From: Hypanus sabinus
Lineage: Eukaryota
Direction: 5' to 3'
DNA: 64,000 nucleotides
Assembly: GCF_030144855.1 (NCBI RefSeq)
Contig: NC_082712.1
Location: 13,144,001-13,208,000 of the forward strand
A model generated the notes under the pieces. The model ran no database searches. It was not told where the DNA came from and saw only the letters and a list, made by a program, of their open reading frames with translations. The translations under genes were made by a program, and so were the position numbers. This document shows positions 1 through 11,651 of the stretch, in pieces. Within the stretch, counting starts at the first letter, position 1; each line of letters starts with the position of its first letter.

Positions 1-197
1 TATTCTACACAGATAACCTACCTGGCCTCGACCCGTTACTGCCGAAGCTCTGTTGAGCCAAAGCCTTCCTCGTCTGTTTCCCTCTACTATAGTGCCTGCT
101 CTGTAAAGCTGTCTCCTTTTAAACTCTTCCCATGGTTCTCACTGGCTGATGTCCACGCGCTTGCGCAGTCGTGCCCCGATCAAACTGCTGAAGAAAT

Positions 198-500
198 TGA
201 TTTAATGCTGGATTTGTTCTGATGGGAGATTGGAGGGACTGGGTGTGTTCTGAGTGGAGATCGCAGACACTATTTTTTCTGAGGAAAGATTGGTCGGACT
301 GGGTCTGTTCTGATGGGAGATTAGAGAGTCTGGGTTTATTCTGAGGTGAGATCAGAGATAATTTCTGTTTTTTATGGTAGATTAGAGAGATTGAATTTGT
401 TCTGAGTGGAGATTAGAGAGACTGGCTTTGTTCTGAGGGGAGATTCAAGAGACTGGCTTTGTTCTGATGAGTGGTTGGACAGACTGGGCTTGTCCTGAGG
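198..500 (-). repeat. Degenerate ~30-31 bp minisatellite, same family as 4986-5670 and 14155-14508
   Basis: Repeated gttctgag-ggagat-agagactgg units are the reverse complement of the ctcagaccaaacccagtctg units at ~5 kb. Confidence 0.8.
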
Positions 501-511
501 AAAGTGTGTTG

Positions 512-637
512 GAAACATAGGAAGATAGAAAATCTACAGTGCATTACAGGCCATTCAGCCCACAATGTTGTGCTGACCATGTAAACTACTTTAGGCACTG
601 CCTGGAATTCCCCTTCCACATAGCGCTCTCTTTTTCT
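512..637 (-). mobile_element. CR1 LINE 3'-end fragment
   Basis: gaaacatag...tacaggccattcagcccacaatgttgtgctgacc is the reverse complement of the CR1 3' tail that recurs many times in this window. Confidence 0.75.
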
Positions 638-690
638 GAAGAAGAAGTGAAGTGACATTGGAGAATTAGGGTCTACTCTGCGGACTGTTA

Positions 691-702
691 CACAAAGCAC
701 CA
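691..702 (-). promoter_or_regulatory. Possible primer-binding site
   Basis: The minus strand reads ...CATTACA-AG-TGGTGCTTTGTG, with TGG 2 nt after the putative LTR end. The cognate tRNA was not identified (only a partial resemblance to tRNA-Gly TGGTGCATTGG). Confidence 0.35.
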
Positions 703-704
703 CT

Positions 705-1436
705 TGTAATGATGAGCAACTTCACAACTGAAAAGAATGTGGGTTCTCCAACGAACTACGTATGTGCACCCTACTGGAATCCCTGACCCTCCATGAATAG
801 TGAATGAAGAAGAAAGCGATTATCTGGGAAATGAGTCCACACTGGCTAGGTGTTCCTCATGGTCTCGATCTCCACATGTCCTCCTTATCCCTGATGGTTG
901 TTCTCTGACTGCGGGAGAGTTATGGCTCCTACGTATTTGGAGCTCCTGAATCTTATACTGTTCCTCATCAATTGAACTGGTGGATCTCCATCCCTTTGAC
1001 TCAAGGTCACCTGACCTACCTGGGTCACCTTCTCACTGCTCATTATACAGGGCAACAACCAACATTGTTTCCTGGTCCTGCCCACCCCAGACTTGTGTAT
1101 TTGAGTCTTTCAACTCTGACTGGTCCAAACCCATTAAACTCGGCGACCCAGACAGAGTCTAACGAGAATACAGATTGATTCTTTGGTAGGTCTGGCATTT
1201 TACATAATAAGTAGCTCCTCCTCCGAGAATGGGCTCAGGTTTAGCAGGTCCTTCGGGTCCTGAAGTTTCTCATGTCCACTTTCAGTTGCTCTGATTAAAT
1301 TATCCAAGAGCATGAATATAGTTCAGAATCCACAAAATGGGGGTGTGAGGGAACAAAGACAACTGGTCTGTCTCCTTCCCCTGACCTTGATTCATCAAAT
1401 CCACTAATTGTAGACTGTAGATTCTTCTGGCCAACA
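705..1436 (-). mobile_element. Putative ERV LTR (732 bp, TG...CA)
   Basis: The minus strand begins TGTTGG directly after a polypurine tract and ends ATTACA. It lies just downstream of the env TM, with a TATA-like tataag near 955. Confidence 0.55.
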
Positions 1437-1450
1437 TCTTCCTCCTCTTC
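1437..1450 (-). promoter_or_regulatory. Polypurine tract (PPT)
   Basis: Minus-strand GAAGAGGAGGAAGA (14 purines) abuts the TG of the putative LTR. Confidence 0.6.
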
Positions 1451-1599
1451 ATCCAAAGATATTTATCCTGAGATCATTATCCTCCTCTCATTCAGATGAC
1501 TGCCCATAGGACTGCCTTGTAGGTGTGTAACACTTACATTCTATAAATAATTTTAACATTTACTAACTAACTTCACCCACTTTATACCTACAATCGTCT

Positions 1600-3585
1600 C
1601 TGCTTTTTCATGGAAACCTTATCCTCAATTTATTTTCCATTATTGCGTCTTCTCAGTTGATATACCTCAGGGGGCATAAAATTAGTACTGCAGCGGTATG
1701 TGATACTATTCTTACCCATGGATGTATTTGAACATTTGTCCTCCAATTCCAAAACTTACTCCAAAAGCCTGGTGACTCAATATTTCATTTGCTTCTCCAG
1801 CGTGTGTTTTAATTACTTTAGTGTGTTTAGTCCATCGATGGATTATCTCTGTTTCCTCTGCCACAACACGTGTCCAGTCTGCAGTCAAGTGAGGAATTGG
1901 TGGCAACTCAGTAACAACACAGTCCCACAGATATTGATCTGTATCTGTGCGTCGAGTCTTGAAGTTCTCCCCCCATCTGAGGCAAAGTTCATCCTCCAAT
2001 GGCCAGGTCTAAAGTCACGTTCCCTCTCATGATATTGTGACTTTCCAAAAGGGCATTGTTTCCATCCCTTGGTATAACTTGTGGGCCCTGTTGCTATGTA
2101 ATACGTCTGTCCCACCAATGCATATTGTAAGAAAGCCTAGTTATTCACAGGCAAAATGGATAATGAATAATTTTCACAAGTACAGGTTTTAAGCTTCTGC
2201 TTTGTCATTCCTACTGGACAAGATCAGTTGTCTCCCTCTTGATGGCATCTTGATAAATCGCTCCCTTTCCCAGTACCATTCATAACAGTAGCATATATCA
2301 GTGGGTTACTTAAGGATATCTATGTATTCTGATGATACTTTCCAACATTGTGAACATCTTTTCAAAATGTAGGTTGAATTATTGCCATATGGGGAAAATA
2401 TGGAATACCACTCTGACATAAAAAAACCTTCCTTTACCATCATCACAGGTATCGAGTTCTCTGTTGGTTACCGTAAGGCTTCTGATATGATACAATGGCA
2501 CCCTTTCTCCAACCCATTCTTTCAGATGCTCATCTGAGACCCAGTTTGCTCCTTGATGTGCATCAAGTTGCAACAGATTAGTGCCAGTCATGGTGAGCAA
2601 CCAACTAGCATACGGAGCACGGATCTCAGTTTTCTGCATTTCCTTAGACGTGAGGTCTATGTGGTCAGTAATCGGATTTGTTGTATCATGAAGGGGCTAC
2701 AGAAATTTACCAGTAACAGGGTTACCCGGATGCATCTCAACCAATCTGATTAGTTTGTACCCAATCTCTGTAATTCTCTCCAGTCATATCCTTTATTTTC
2801 TGCTGGAGGTACTGTGTCTGGTTTTCTAATTCTGCTACATCGAGGCTGTTGACTGTTGCTGCCCCTGATGCATAACCTACTCCCACTAATTCCAGTAGTC
2901 CTCTTTTCCTACTGACTTGACGGGCCTAACCTCGCTCTGCTTAGTTGTCTCTCATAAGAGTGAGTAAATAATTGTTTTGTTGTAGGTGAGCACTATTCAG
3001 GCACCATTATTTCAGTTAAATTAAAAATTATCTAGGAGTGCTCGTACCCTGGTACCAAAGTGTCAAATTCCCTTGTATCTCCTAACACTAAGCCTGTCCC
3101 ATTTGTGTTACGCTGGGTCTCACTACATTTAGGCTCTGGTATAGTTTCCATCACTTGTGGGTATGGAGTAGTGATTTTTCTAATAGTTTTGAAAACCTGG
3201 AAAGGGCCTGGCCACTGACAAAAACTGTAATATTTAAGGATAATATCCGCTCTTACTTCCAGTTTAAATCTTAAATTATTTTGTGCATATTTTCTACTTG
3301 TTTTTCTAGACAAACCAGTCCAGACTCCCAGTTGTCTTTGGATTCAAGGCATCCATTTTTCCTCACCCAATTTTGTTTTTAGATAGGAGAGACAAACACT
3401 GGCATATCTTCCTTTCCCTTTGATTTTTTTGACAAAATTCCCCTGTTTCTCAGGATGTGGAAAATAAAAATCACCTCCTTGAGTGGGCAGATTCCCATCT
3501 TCTTGGAACAGTTGCTCCATCCTCAAGTCCCCCAAATCAGGACTACCATGTACATCAATTGTTATGTGCTGATGGTGATAACATT
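1600..3585 (-). pseudogene. env: ERV env pseudogene, class I fusion protein with pneumo/paramyxovirus F-like (lokiretrovirus-type) layout
   Basis: Hand translation across stops and frameshifts gives: hydrophobic LMYMVVLIWG (~3550); LVPGYEHS*IIFNLTEIMVPE*C (3058-2990); SRKR/GLLELVGVGYASGAATVNSLDVAELENQTQYLQQKIKDM (cleavage at 2902/2901); Cys-rich DLSRCHQEGDN*SCP...TCTC (~2260-2170); TM-like HPWVRIVSHTAAVLILC (~1720-1670). Confidence 0.8.
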
Positions 3586-3589
3586 CCTG

Positions 3590-4050
3590 TTTCTCCCCCA
3601 CCAATTTCAGCTGGTTGATATGGTACCACCCACTTTTATCGTGAGAAGTCAGCACTGTGCACTGAAGGGTTTGCTTTGTCTATAATTTCATAGGGCCCTG
3701 CGAACCTTGGATTTAACAATGAGTGGGTTGGTGTTTCTAATCATCACTCTTTGTCCTGGGTTTAATTCCATGGGACTGACTTTTGAGTTAGTCAGCTTTA
3801 CTCTGTTGCTTCTTCTTTCCTGTTTGGTAGGCTGCCACATAACTGGCCTCTTTCACTGCCTCTACTAATTGCTGTACCACTTTTCTGAAACATACCCATT
3901 GATATCAAGTTCTGACAAATCTAATCCTAACAACTCCTTCTTTCATATCCCTTCCGGTCATAAATTTATACGGGATATAACCAGTTGAAGACACCACTGT
4001 ATTCCTTATTGTCATCAAGGTACAAGGAAAATCTAATTCTAACTCCTCTA
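3590..4050 (-). pseudogene. pol: Retroviral integrase C-terminal part with GPY/F motif
   Basis: LMTIRNTVVSSTGYIPYKFMTGRDM, then PGQRVMIRN...NPRFAGPYEIIDK...GWYHINQLKL. The catalytic core is missing. Confidence 0.85.
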
Positions 4051-4169
4051 ATCCTCTAATGACCCTTCTGCTCAACCCTTGTGGAGTCCTCTGTTAAATC
4101 CATAACCTTAATCTGTTTTCCCTTCTGCCTTCCAGACTCCCAACCTGCAGCTGCCATTTCTGCCCAATT

Positions 4170-4345
4170 CACAGTTGCACCTTGCTTCGCCAATTTATCA
4201 GCTTTTCTATTTCCCTCAGGAGATGATTTAGAGTGAGACTTCACCTTTATGACTCCATATTATTTTCACTTTGCAACTTCAAATATATATTGTAATAAAT
4301 CAGCAGATGGGAGGGGCCTCCCATTAGCTGAAACAACCCCCCTTT
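4170..4345 (-). pseudogene. pol: Retroviral-type RNase H, C-terminal part
   Basis: SANGRPLPSADLLQYI...VIKVKSHSKSSPEGNRKADKLAKQGA matches the retroviral RH end (KVKAH...GN..AD.LAK). Confidence 0.85.
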
Positions 4346-4371
4346 GTGTTCAATTTCAGTTTCTCTTGTTT

Positions 4372-4712
4372 TCCATCTCAACCCCATTCTCCTCCCTTCT
4401 CCCCACAACCTTTAACTCCTTGACTAAACAGGAACCTATGAAGTTCTGCTTTAAATATGATCAATGACTTGGCCTCCACAGCTGCCTGTGGAAATGAATT
4501 CCACAGATTCACCACTCCCTGGCTAAAGAAATTCCTCCTCATCTCTGTTCTAAATTGCCGTCCATCTATACTGAGGCTGTGCCCTCAGTTCCAAGACTTC
4601 CCCAAAATTGGAAGCATTCTCTCCAGGTCTCTCAGTATTGTATGGGTTTCAGTGAGATCCGCTGCACCCCCCAACATTCTTCTAAACTTCAGTGAGTAGA
4701 AGACCAGAGTTA
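4372..4712 (-). mobile_element. CR1 LINE 3' fragment
   Basis: ccatctcaaccccattctcc...gaattccacagattcaccactccctggctaaagaaattcctcctcatctct is the typical CR1 RT C-terminus and 3' UTR in reverse. Confidence 0.8.
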
Positions 4713-7277
4713 TCAAACACCATAGACAGCACCCTGTCTGGGTGCATCTCGGCTCGATGTGGTCCATCTCTGTCTGTGACACAAGAAGCTATTTATTTTG
4801 ATGAATGTGTGACAGATAAAGCCAACCTGTAACTTTATCTTGCACAAGTCACTGATAGTTCTGTGTTGTTTTTCCTACCGCAATGAAAGAGGAGATATTT
4901 CCAGCTACTTCCTCACTTACCACATCCCTAAAAGAAAAGTTCTGTCTTTTCAGCTGTGAAATTATTTGGCATTATTTTTATCAACACTCAGACCAAACAC
5001 AGTCTGTCCGATCTCCCTCAGACCAAACCCAGTCTGTCCAATCTCCCCTCAGATCAAACCCAGTCTGTCCGATCTCCCCTCAGACCAAACCCAGTCTGTC
5101 TGATCTCCCTCAGACCAAACCCAGTCTGTCTGATCTCCCTCAGACCAAACCCAGTCCGTCTGATCTCCCCTCAGACCATACCCAGTCTGTCCGATGTCCC
5201 CTCAGACCAATCCCAGTCCGTCTGATCTCCCCTCAGACCAAACCCTGTCTGTCCGATCTCCCTCAGACCAAATCCAGTCTGTCTGATCTCCCCTCAGACC
5301 AAACCCAGTCTGTCCGATGTCCCCTCAGACCAATCCCAGTCCGTCTGATCTCCCCTCAGACCAAACCCTGTCTGTCCGATCTCCCTCAGACCAAATCCAG
5401 TCTGTCTGATCTCCCCTCAGACCAAACCCAGTCTGTCCGATCTCCCCTCAGACCAAACCAAGTCTGTCCGATATCCCCTCAGACCAAACCCAGTCTGTCT
5501 GATCTCTCCTCAGACCAAACCCAGTCTGTCCAATCTTCATTCAGAACAAACCCAGTCTCTGTGATCTCTCCACAGTCTCTCATCAGTACAAACTCACTCT
5601 CTGAAAGCACCTCAGTCACTCCAGAAAACAAAGCCAGTCTCTGTCTGATCTCTCCTCAGAGCAAACCCAGTCCCAAGGGGGGAGGGCGGGTTGTGAATAT
5701 GGAGGTAGTGATTGGCATGATTTAGCAGATGAAGCTACTAGATATGGTTTTGATAATTATAAAATACCATTTCCTGAGGAATTCCCACCGACTCCCTACC
5801 ATAGGGAGTCAGTGCTACTGTCTGCACGATTGGCACCCCTCGTTACTATCAGAGAGGAGGGAGCAGGACAGCAAATCAAACTCAGACTGTAACATACACC
5901 ACACTGTTCAGTGTACAGCAACTTAAAGATATTGCTGAGGATATCAGGACACGTGTGCTCAGAGACGATACTCAAGAGCTTTTCCAAGCAATTAGCCATC
6001 AGAGAGAACTTCAAGGAAAGGAGATTGATTATAATGTGTCCATCCAAATATGCACTCGGCTTTGCCGAATCTACAGTGAGATGGTGGGGGACTGAAGAAC
6101 GCAATATTGACTGCTATGGGTGTTAACAGAGGGGACCCAGTCAACGCACTAAACACATTTTACCGGAGGAGAGGTGAACATCCCACTGCATTTGCAACCC
6201 ATTTCTGGACTGTGTTCCAAGGAGTGTAGGAACAGCAGTAGAGTGTGGCCATTTAGACGGTTGTGGATACTGGCGTCTCACTATACCGTTGAATCTAAAA
6301 AGGCACTGGAAATGTTTGATCCTTCTGAACCGATACATGCTGAGGCACGGTCACTGAGGAAAATGTGTAGAGCGAGGGAAAAGGAGATACAGAGACCATC
6401 TGAACTCCCTAATGGGAAGGTGATGCCTGTTAAAGTCAGGCACCTGAATGGAGAATTAATGGTAGGGGACCCACCCCGAGGGCCTTCCTGCCACACCATC
6501 AAGGGGCAAGGAAGGGCAGAGGAAATGGAACAGGGCCAGGAACAGGGAGAACTGAAGGTGGAGTAATTAAATGCTATAACTGTGGCCAAGAGGGACAGAT
6601 GAAGAGAGAATGTCCAAACTTGAGACAGGAAAGAGCAGAACAATGCAGTTTGTCTTTGGAGGGGCCAGAAAGATGGAGCCCACAGAATAACATGGTGGAG
6701 ACACCATCCAGGGAATTGTACCCTGAGTCTGAGTGATGGTGTCAGGCCTCACCAACATGGGTGTGACACAAGGTGGAATGAAACCAGAAGACCTTGAGTG
6801 ATTGGTAGGGTCGGAGGCTGTCCTGTTACCTTTTTATGGGACACTGGATGATCCTGAACGACCGTCAACACCACTAATGTAAATAACGTAAATTGGGAGA
6901 TTCAAGGTAGTGTTATTCTCATTGGATTGTCAGACATCCACAAGTGGGACATGTGAGTGTGCCATTGGAATTAAGGATAGGAGACATAGCATCGAAACAT
7001 TCAACAGTGCTGGTGGAATTACCCAGGGAGCAGGAACATATACTGGGGACTGATTACCTGGCCAAAGTGGGACTTTGTTTTGATCCAGTTAATTGTATGA
7101 TTCCCATAATTGTATTGCTCCATAATTCCCCATCTATATTTCACCAGCGCTTAGAGAAAGGTTTAAATGATTTTCAAATCCTGAGTGCTTGATACAGTAC
7201 ATAGAAGATCTATTCCTGCAGATTGAAACTAAGCAGGAATATTATCAGCTATTGACAGAACTGCTGCAATTATTAGC
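4713..7277 (+). mobile_element. ERV 5' segment, arm A of the inverted duplication (leader, gag, pro, RT fragment)
   Basis: Gag knuckle CYNCGQEGQMKREC (6572-6613), protease FLWDTG (6840) and ILGTDYL (~7040), RT HNSPSIFHQRL...QYIEDL (7120-7215). About 550 bp at the pro/RT junction, present in arm B, is missing. Confidence 0.85.
4986..5670 (+). repeat. ~30-31 bp minisatellite array, roughly 20 units
   Basis: Tandem ctcagaccaaacccagtctgtccgatctccc units, degenerating toward the 3' end. Confidence 0.9.
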
Positions 7278-7725
7278 AACACAAACAAAATGCTGGAGGA
7301 ACTCAGCAGGCCAGGCAGCATCTTATGGGAAAGAGTACAGTCAACATTTCAGTCCAAAACCATTCAGTGCGACTGGAGGGAAAAAGCTGAGGAGTAGATT
7401 TAAAAGGTGGGGGGAGAGAGAAACACCGGGTGCAACCTGGAGGGGAAGGGATGAAGTAAAGAGCTGGGAAGTTGATTGGTGAAAGAGACAGTCTGCCATG
7501 GAAGAAAGAAAAAGGGGAAGAAGCACCAAGGGGAGGCAATGGGTGGGAAAGGAGATATCATGAGAGAGGGAAAAGGGTTGGGAAATGTTGAAGGGGCGGA
7601 GGTGTGGGGTATTACTGAAATTTTGAGAAATCGATGTGCATGCCATCAGGTTGGAGGTGTTAAGGTGTTACTCTTTTCCATAGATACTAACTGGCCTGCT
7701 GACTTCCTCCAGCATTTTGTGTGTG
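7278..7725. mobile_element. Spacer of the palindrome, Penelope-associated repeat fragment with inverted ends
   Basis: acacaaacaaaatgctggaggaactcagcaggcc at 7278 and its reverse complement ggcctgctgacttcctccagcattttgtgtgtg at ~7694. The motif recurs window-wide; the Penelope assignment is an inference. Confidence 0.5.
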
Positions 7726-7856
7726 CTCCTAATAATTGCAGCAGTTCTGTCAATAACTGATAAAGTTCCTGCTTAGTTCACTCTGCAGGAGTAGATCACA
7801 TATGTACTGAATCAAACACTCGGGTTTTGAAAACCGTTTAAACCTTTCCCCTAAGC

Positions 7857-10530
7857 CAGGGGTCGGCAACCCGCGGCTCCAGACCCACATGTGGCTCTTT
7901 CATCTCTGTGCTGCGGCTCCTTGTGGCTTTGGAAAATAAATGATGAGTATTTAATTAAAATGTATTTTATGTTAGTTTGTTAGTTTTTGAAATGTAATTC
8001 TAAATTTGAAGATTATGGTGATCTTGTACAATCTAAATAAAACGTGTTTTTTGTCGCTATTAATATACGTCACCACTACCAATGCCTGACACCCGCCAGT
8101 GCGTGATTTCTTTAATTTTTCGATCCAAGTTAGGCGAACTATGGAGAATTCTAAAAGAAGAAAAGTGACTGAAGAAAACAGAACTTTTAATGATACGTGG
8201 GCAGATTCATTTGCTTTCAGTGCTGACGAGACTGGTTTACCGGTATGCTTAATATGCAATGAGAAACTAGCAACCAGCAAAAAGTCAAAAGTCGCAAGAC
8301 ATTTCCAGCAAACACACAGGCTTTGCTCAAAAATATCCGGATGGAGATGAGAGAAAAAAAGCCGTTTCGGAACTAATGCGGAAGGTTGAGCTGAGCAAAA
8401 ATCATTTCAAGAAGTGGATGAAGTCTGGAAAATCAACAACATATGCTAGTTTTGTTGCCGCTCAGGAAATAGTCAGGCACAGGAAACAGTTTACAGATGG
8501 TGAATATATAAAATAATCTTTCATTAAGATTTCAGAATATCTATTCACGGACTTTAAAAATAAGAGTGAAATTGTGCAGAAAATCAGGAATATGCCCCTC
8601 TTTGCAAAGACTGTCAAAGACAGAACCATAAAAATGGCAGAAGACATCACAAGACAGCAAATTAAAGACATCAATTCAGCTGTGGCCTACTCGATTGCCT
8701 GTGACGAGTCTAAAGACAAAGGTGATATTGAACAAATAGCGCTGTTCTGCCGGTATGTAAACTCTGCCTGGCCACAGGAAGAAATGATTGAGTTGATACC
8801 TCTAAAAGGCCAAACACAGGGTGAGGACATCTATGAGGCTGTCTTGAATTGTTTAAGAGCCAAAGTACTAACGACCACCCACCTGGTGTCAGTAGCTACT
8901 GATGGGGCACCAAGTATGACAGGAGCGTACAAGGGATTTGTGGCTTTACTGCAGAAGTCGCTGGGCAGAAAGCTGCTGACTTTTCACTGCATCTTGCACC
9001 AAGAGAGTTTGTGTACTCAAACATTTCCTCCGGAATGCACAGGTAATGGATGTTGTCATTCAGATTGTCAATAAAATAATGGCAAAAAGTTTAAATCACC
9101 GTCAATTCAGTTTGTTACTGGACGAGCTGGAAAGCGCATATTCTGATCTCCTGCTGCACAACAAAGTCTGATGGCTGTCAAGAGGGGAGGTGCTGAAACG
9201 CTTTGTCGCGTGTCTGGAAGAAGTGAAAACTTTCCTGGGCAGCAAAGGGCTCACCTTTCCTGAGCTGGAACAGCCAGAGTGGCTGTAAAAGCTACACTTC
9301 ATGGTAGACATGACAGCGCACCTGAACGCGCTGAACACAGCTCTTCAGGGGAAAGGGCGCACAGCCCTGCACATGTTGGAGGATGTTTTGGCATTCGAGT
9401 GCAAGTTGACAGTGCTTGCCAGAGATTTACAGAAAGGCACATTGTCTCACTTCCCCAATTTGAGAGAGTTCAAACAAGCTCACAACATGATAAATTCAGA
9501 GTATTGACATTCTGCAATCATCGCAATGCCGCATCATTTGGGAAATGCTTCTGTGAGTTCAGAGAAGGAAAAAACACATTATCCTTCCCGGTCACTCCCC
9601 TAAGCATCGATCCATCCCTACTGAATACGACTGCATTGGCAGGTGTGAGTCAACCTGATCTTGAGATGGAACTGGCCGACATAGCCGACAATGGGTGTCC
9701 AAGTTTAGACGCTTGACAGCAGACCTTGAAGATGTTGCCGGTCAGAAGGCCGTTCTTGCTCAGAATCATAAATGGAGTGATATTGAAAACCTCCCCAATC
9801 CGGACAAACTTGTGTTGGAAACATGGAATGCTATCCCTGACATTTATGTAAACATTAAAAAGTATGCGCTTGGAGTCCTGTCGATCTTTGGATCCACATA
9901 TGTATGTGAGCAGGTGTTCTCCTACATGAACTTTATTAAAAACAAACATCGCGCACGCCTCACAGATGACAGCTTGCGATCCTGTGTAAAGATGAAGGTG
10001 ACGTCATACAGCCCTGATGTGCAGATGCTGTGCGCTGAGGTCCAGGAGCAGAAATCCCATTAACCAAGAATGATAAGTATTTTAATTGCCTATTATTTTA
10101 CGTATATTCAATTTTTTTCATTTTTCAGTGAAATAGTACTTTTATTTTCAGGTTGACAGCTGGCTGACGCTATTTTTGGTTTGCTGCTGGCGGACAATTT
10201 AAGTTCGGCGTTTTTCATAAATACAAGAAGGACTCAAATAGATTGAGTATTTTACTTAAAAGTAACCTGCAACCCAACGTCTTTTTTATGGAGTTCAAAA
10301 TGTTTTTGTTGCATGCAGAAATGTAATTTTGTTTTCTCTGCAGGAGTTCATCGATGACATAAATGCAACACATTATAGTTTGTTTATACATAGCATAAAG
10401 GCAAAAAAACCGTTGTATGCAGTGTTATTTCATTTTAAATGTCAAACGGGTTTTGTGGCTCCCAGTGTTTTCTTTTCTGTGGGAAACAGGTCCAAATGGC
10501 TCTTTCAGTGGTAAAGGTTGCCGGCCCCTG
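7857..10530 (+). mobile_element. hAT DNA transposon (Buster/Charlie-like), full length 2674 bp
   Basis: TIRs caggggtcggcaacc (7857) and ggttgccggcccctg (10516-10530); perfect 8-bp TSD ccctaagc at 7849-7856 and 10531-10538. Confidence 0.95.
8141..10063 (+). pseudogene. hAT transposase (GTF2IRD2/ZBED5-like family), disrupted
   Basis: MENSKRRK...PVCLIC; catalytic motifs ACDESKD, VATDGAPSM, CILH, FGSTYVCEQVFS; ends VQEQKSH*. Split by several stops and frameshifts. Confidence 0.9.
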
Positions 10531-11651
10531 CCCTAAGCGCTGGTGAAATATAGATGGGGAATTATGGAACCCCTGTGGTAGGGTAGTCCACGTACACTGC
10601 TGTCTCTGAAGGGCAAGTGCAAACTTGACCATGACCAAAACCCATTATTTATGTTTAAAACTGAACCATTGTGCTCCTTCATTCTGTTTGACCACTGTTT
10701 CTGGGTTAGTTGCTACAGTTGGGGCTGTTAACCGAGTCACTTTATTTACCTCTCGATAATCAACCTCCAACTACCATCTGGTTCCCTCACGGGCAATATG
10801 GGTGAGTTATTTGTGGAGGTTACTGGCCTCAGTACCCCTTGTTGCACCAAACTCTGTATTCCCTTGCCTACATCTTCCTCTGCTTTTTTGGAAACTCATT
10901 TTAGTTCGGTGCTTTGGGGTCTGGACCTTGGATGCACACTCTGCCGGCCATCTTTCCACAGTCATGCTTGTGTCTTGCAAATGCCCCCGAGTTCTGTGCA
11001 ATAATTTACTGCACCATCTGATCATTGCTCATCTCCCCCGGTTTTATCCACATTTCGTCCATTGTGCAGATTCTATCCAATATTCTCCTGCCGGGATCTG
11101 TATGTGGTGTATGTTATTCATAACAGTTAGCATCTGCCAAATCATACAATTAACTGGATCAAAGCAAAGCCCCACTTTGGCCAAGTAATCAGTCCCCAGT
11201 ATGTGTTCCTGCTCCCTGGGTAATTCCACCAGCACTGTTGAATGTTTCGATGCTATGTCTCCTATCCTTAATTCCAAAGTCACACTCACACGTCCCACTG
11301 GTGGATGTCTGAGAATCCAATGAGGATAACTCTACCTTGTATCTCCCAATTTACGTTATTTACATTAGTGGTGTTGACGGTGGTTCGGGATCCTCCAGTG
11401 TCCCATAAAAAGGTAACAGGGTGGCCTCCAACCCTACCAATCACTGGAGGTCTTCCGGTTTCATCCCACCTTGTCTCACACCCATGTTGGTGAGGCCTGA
11501 CACCATCATTCAGGCTCAGGGTACAATTCCCTGGATGGTGCTGTCTCTACCATGTTATTTTGTGGGCTCCATCTTTCTGGCCCCTCCAAGTGCAAACTGC
11601 ATTGCTCTGCTCTTTCTCATCTCAGGTTTGGACACTCTCTCTCCCACAGTT

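Noticed and set aside
1-197. Unique regulatory or coding sequence at the window start
   Set aside because: It resembles a CR1 5' UTR on the minus strand and is cut by the window edge; too little evidence to call.
1600-3585. Domesticated (syncytin-like) env
   Set aside because: Multiple in-frame stops and frameshifts; clearly a pseudogene here.
4986-5670. CRISPR-like look of the tandem arrays (also 52621-53120)
   Set aside because: Units are contiguous with no unique spacers, there are no cas genes, and the context is vertebrate.
4883-5725. 280-aa repetitive ORF (SDLPQTKPSL...)
   Set aside because: It is a translation of the minisatellite. The arm B copy does not keep an equivalent ORF and no domain is recognisable.
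8141-10063. Host GTF2IRD2/ZBED-like gene
   Set aside because: Bounded by TIRs and a TSD inside an ERV, and the frame is broken, so it is a transposon copy rather than a domesticated gene.
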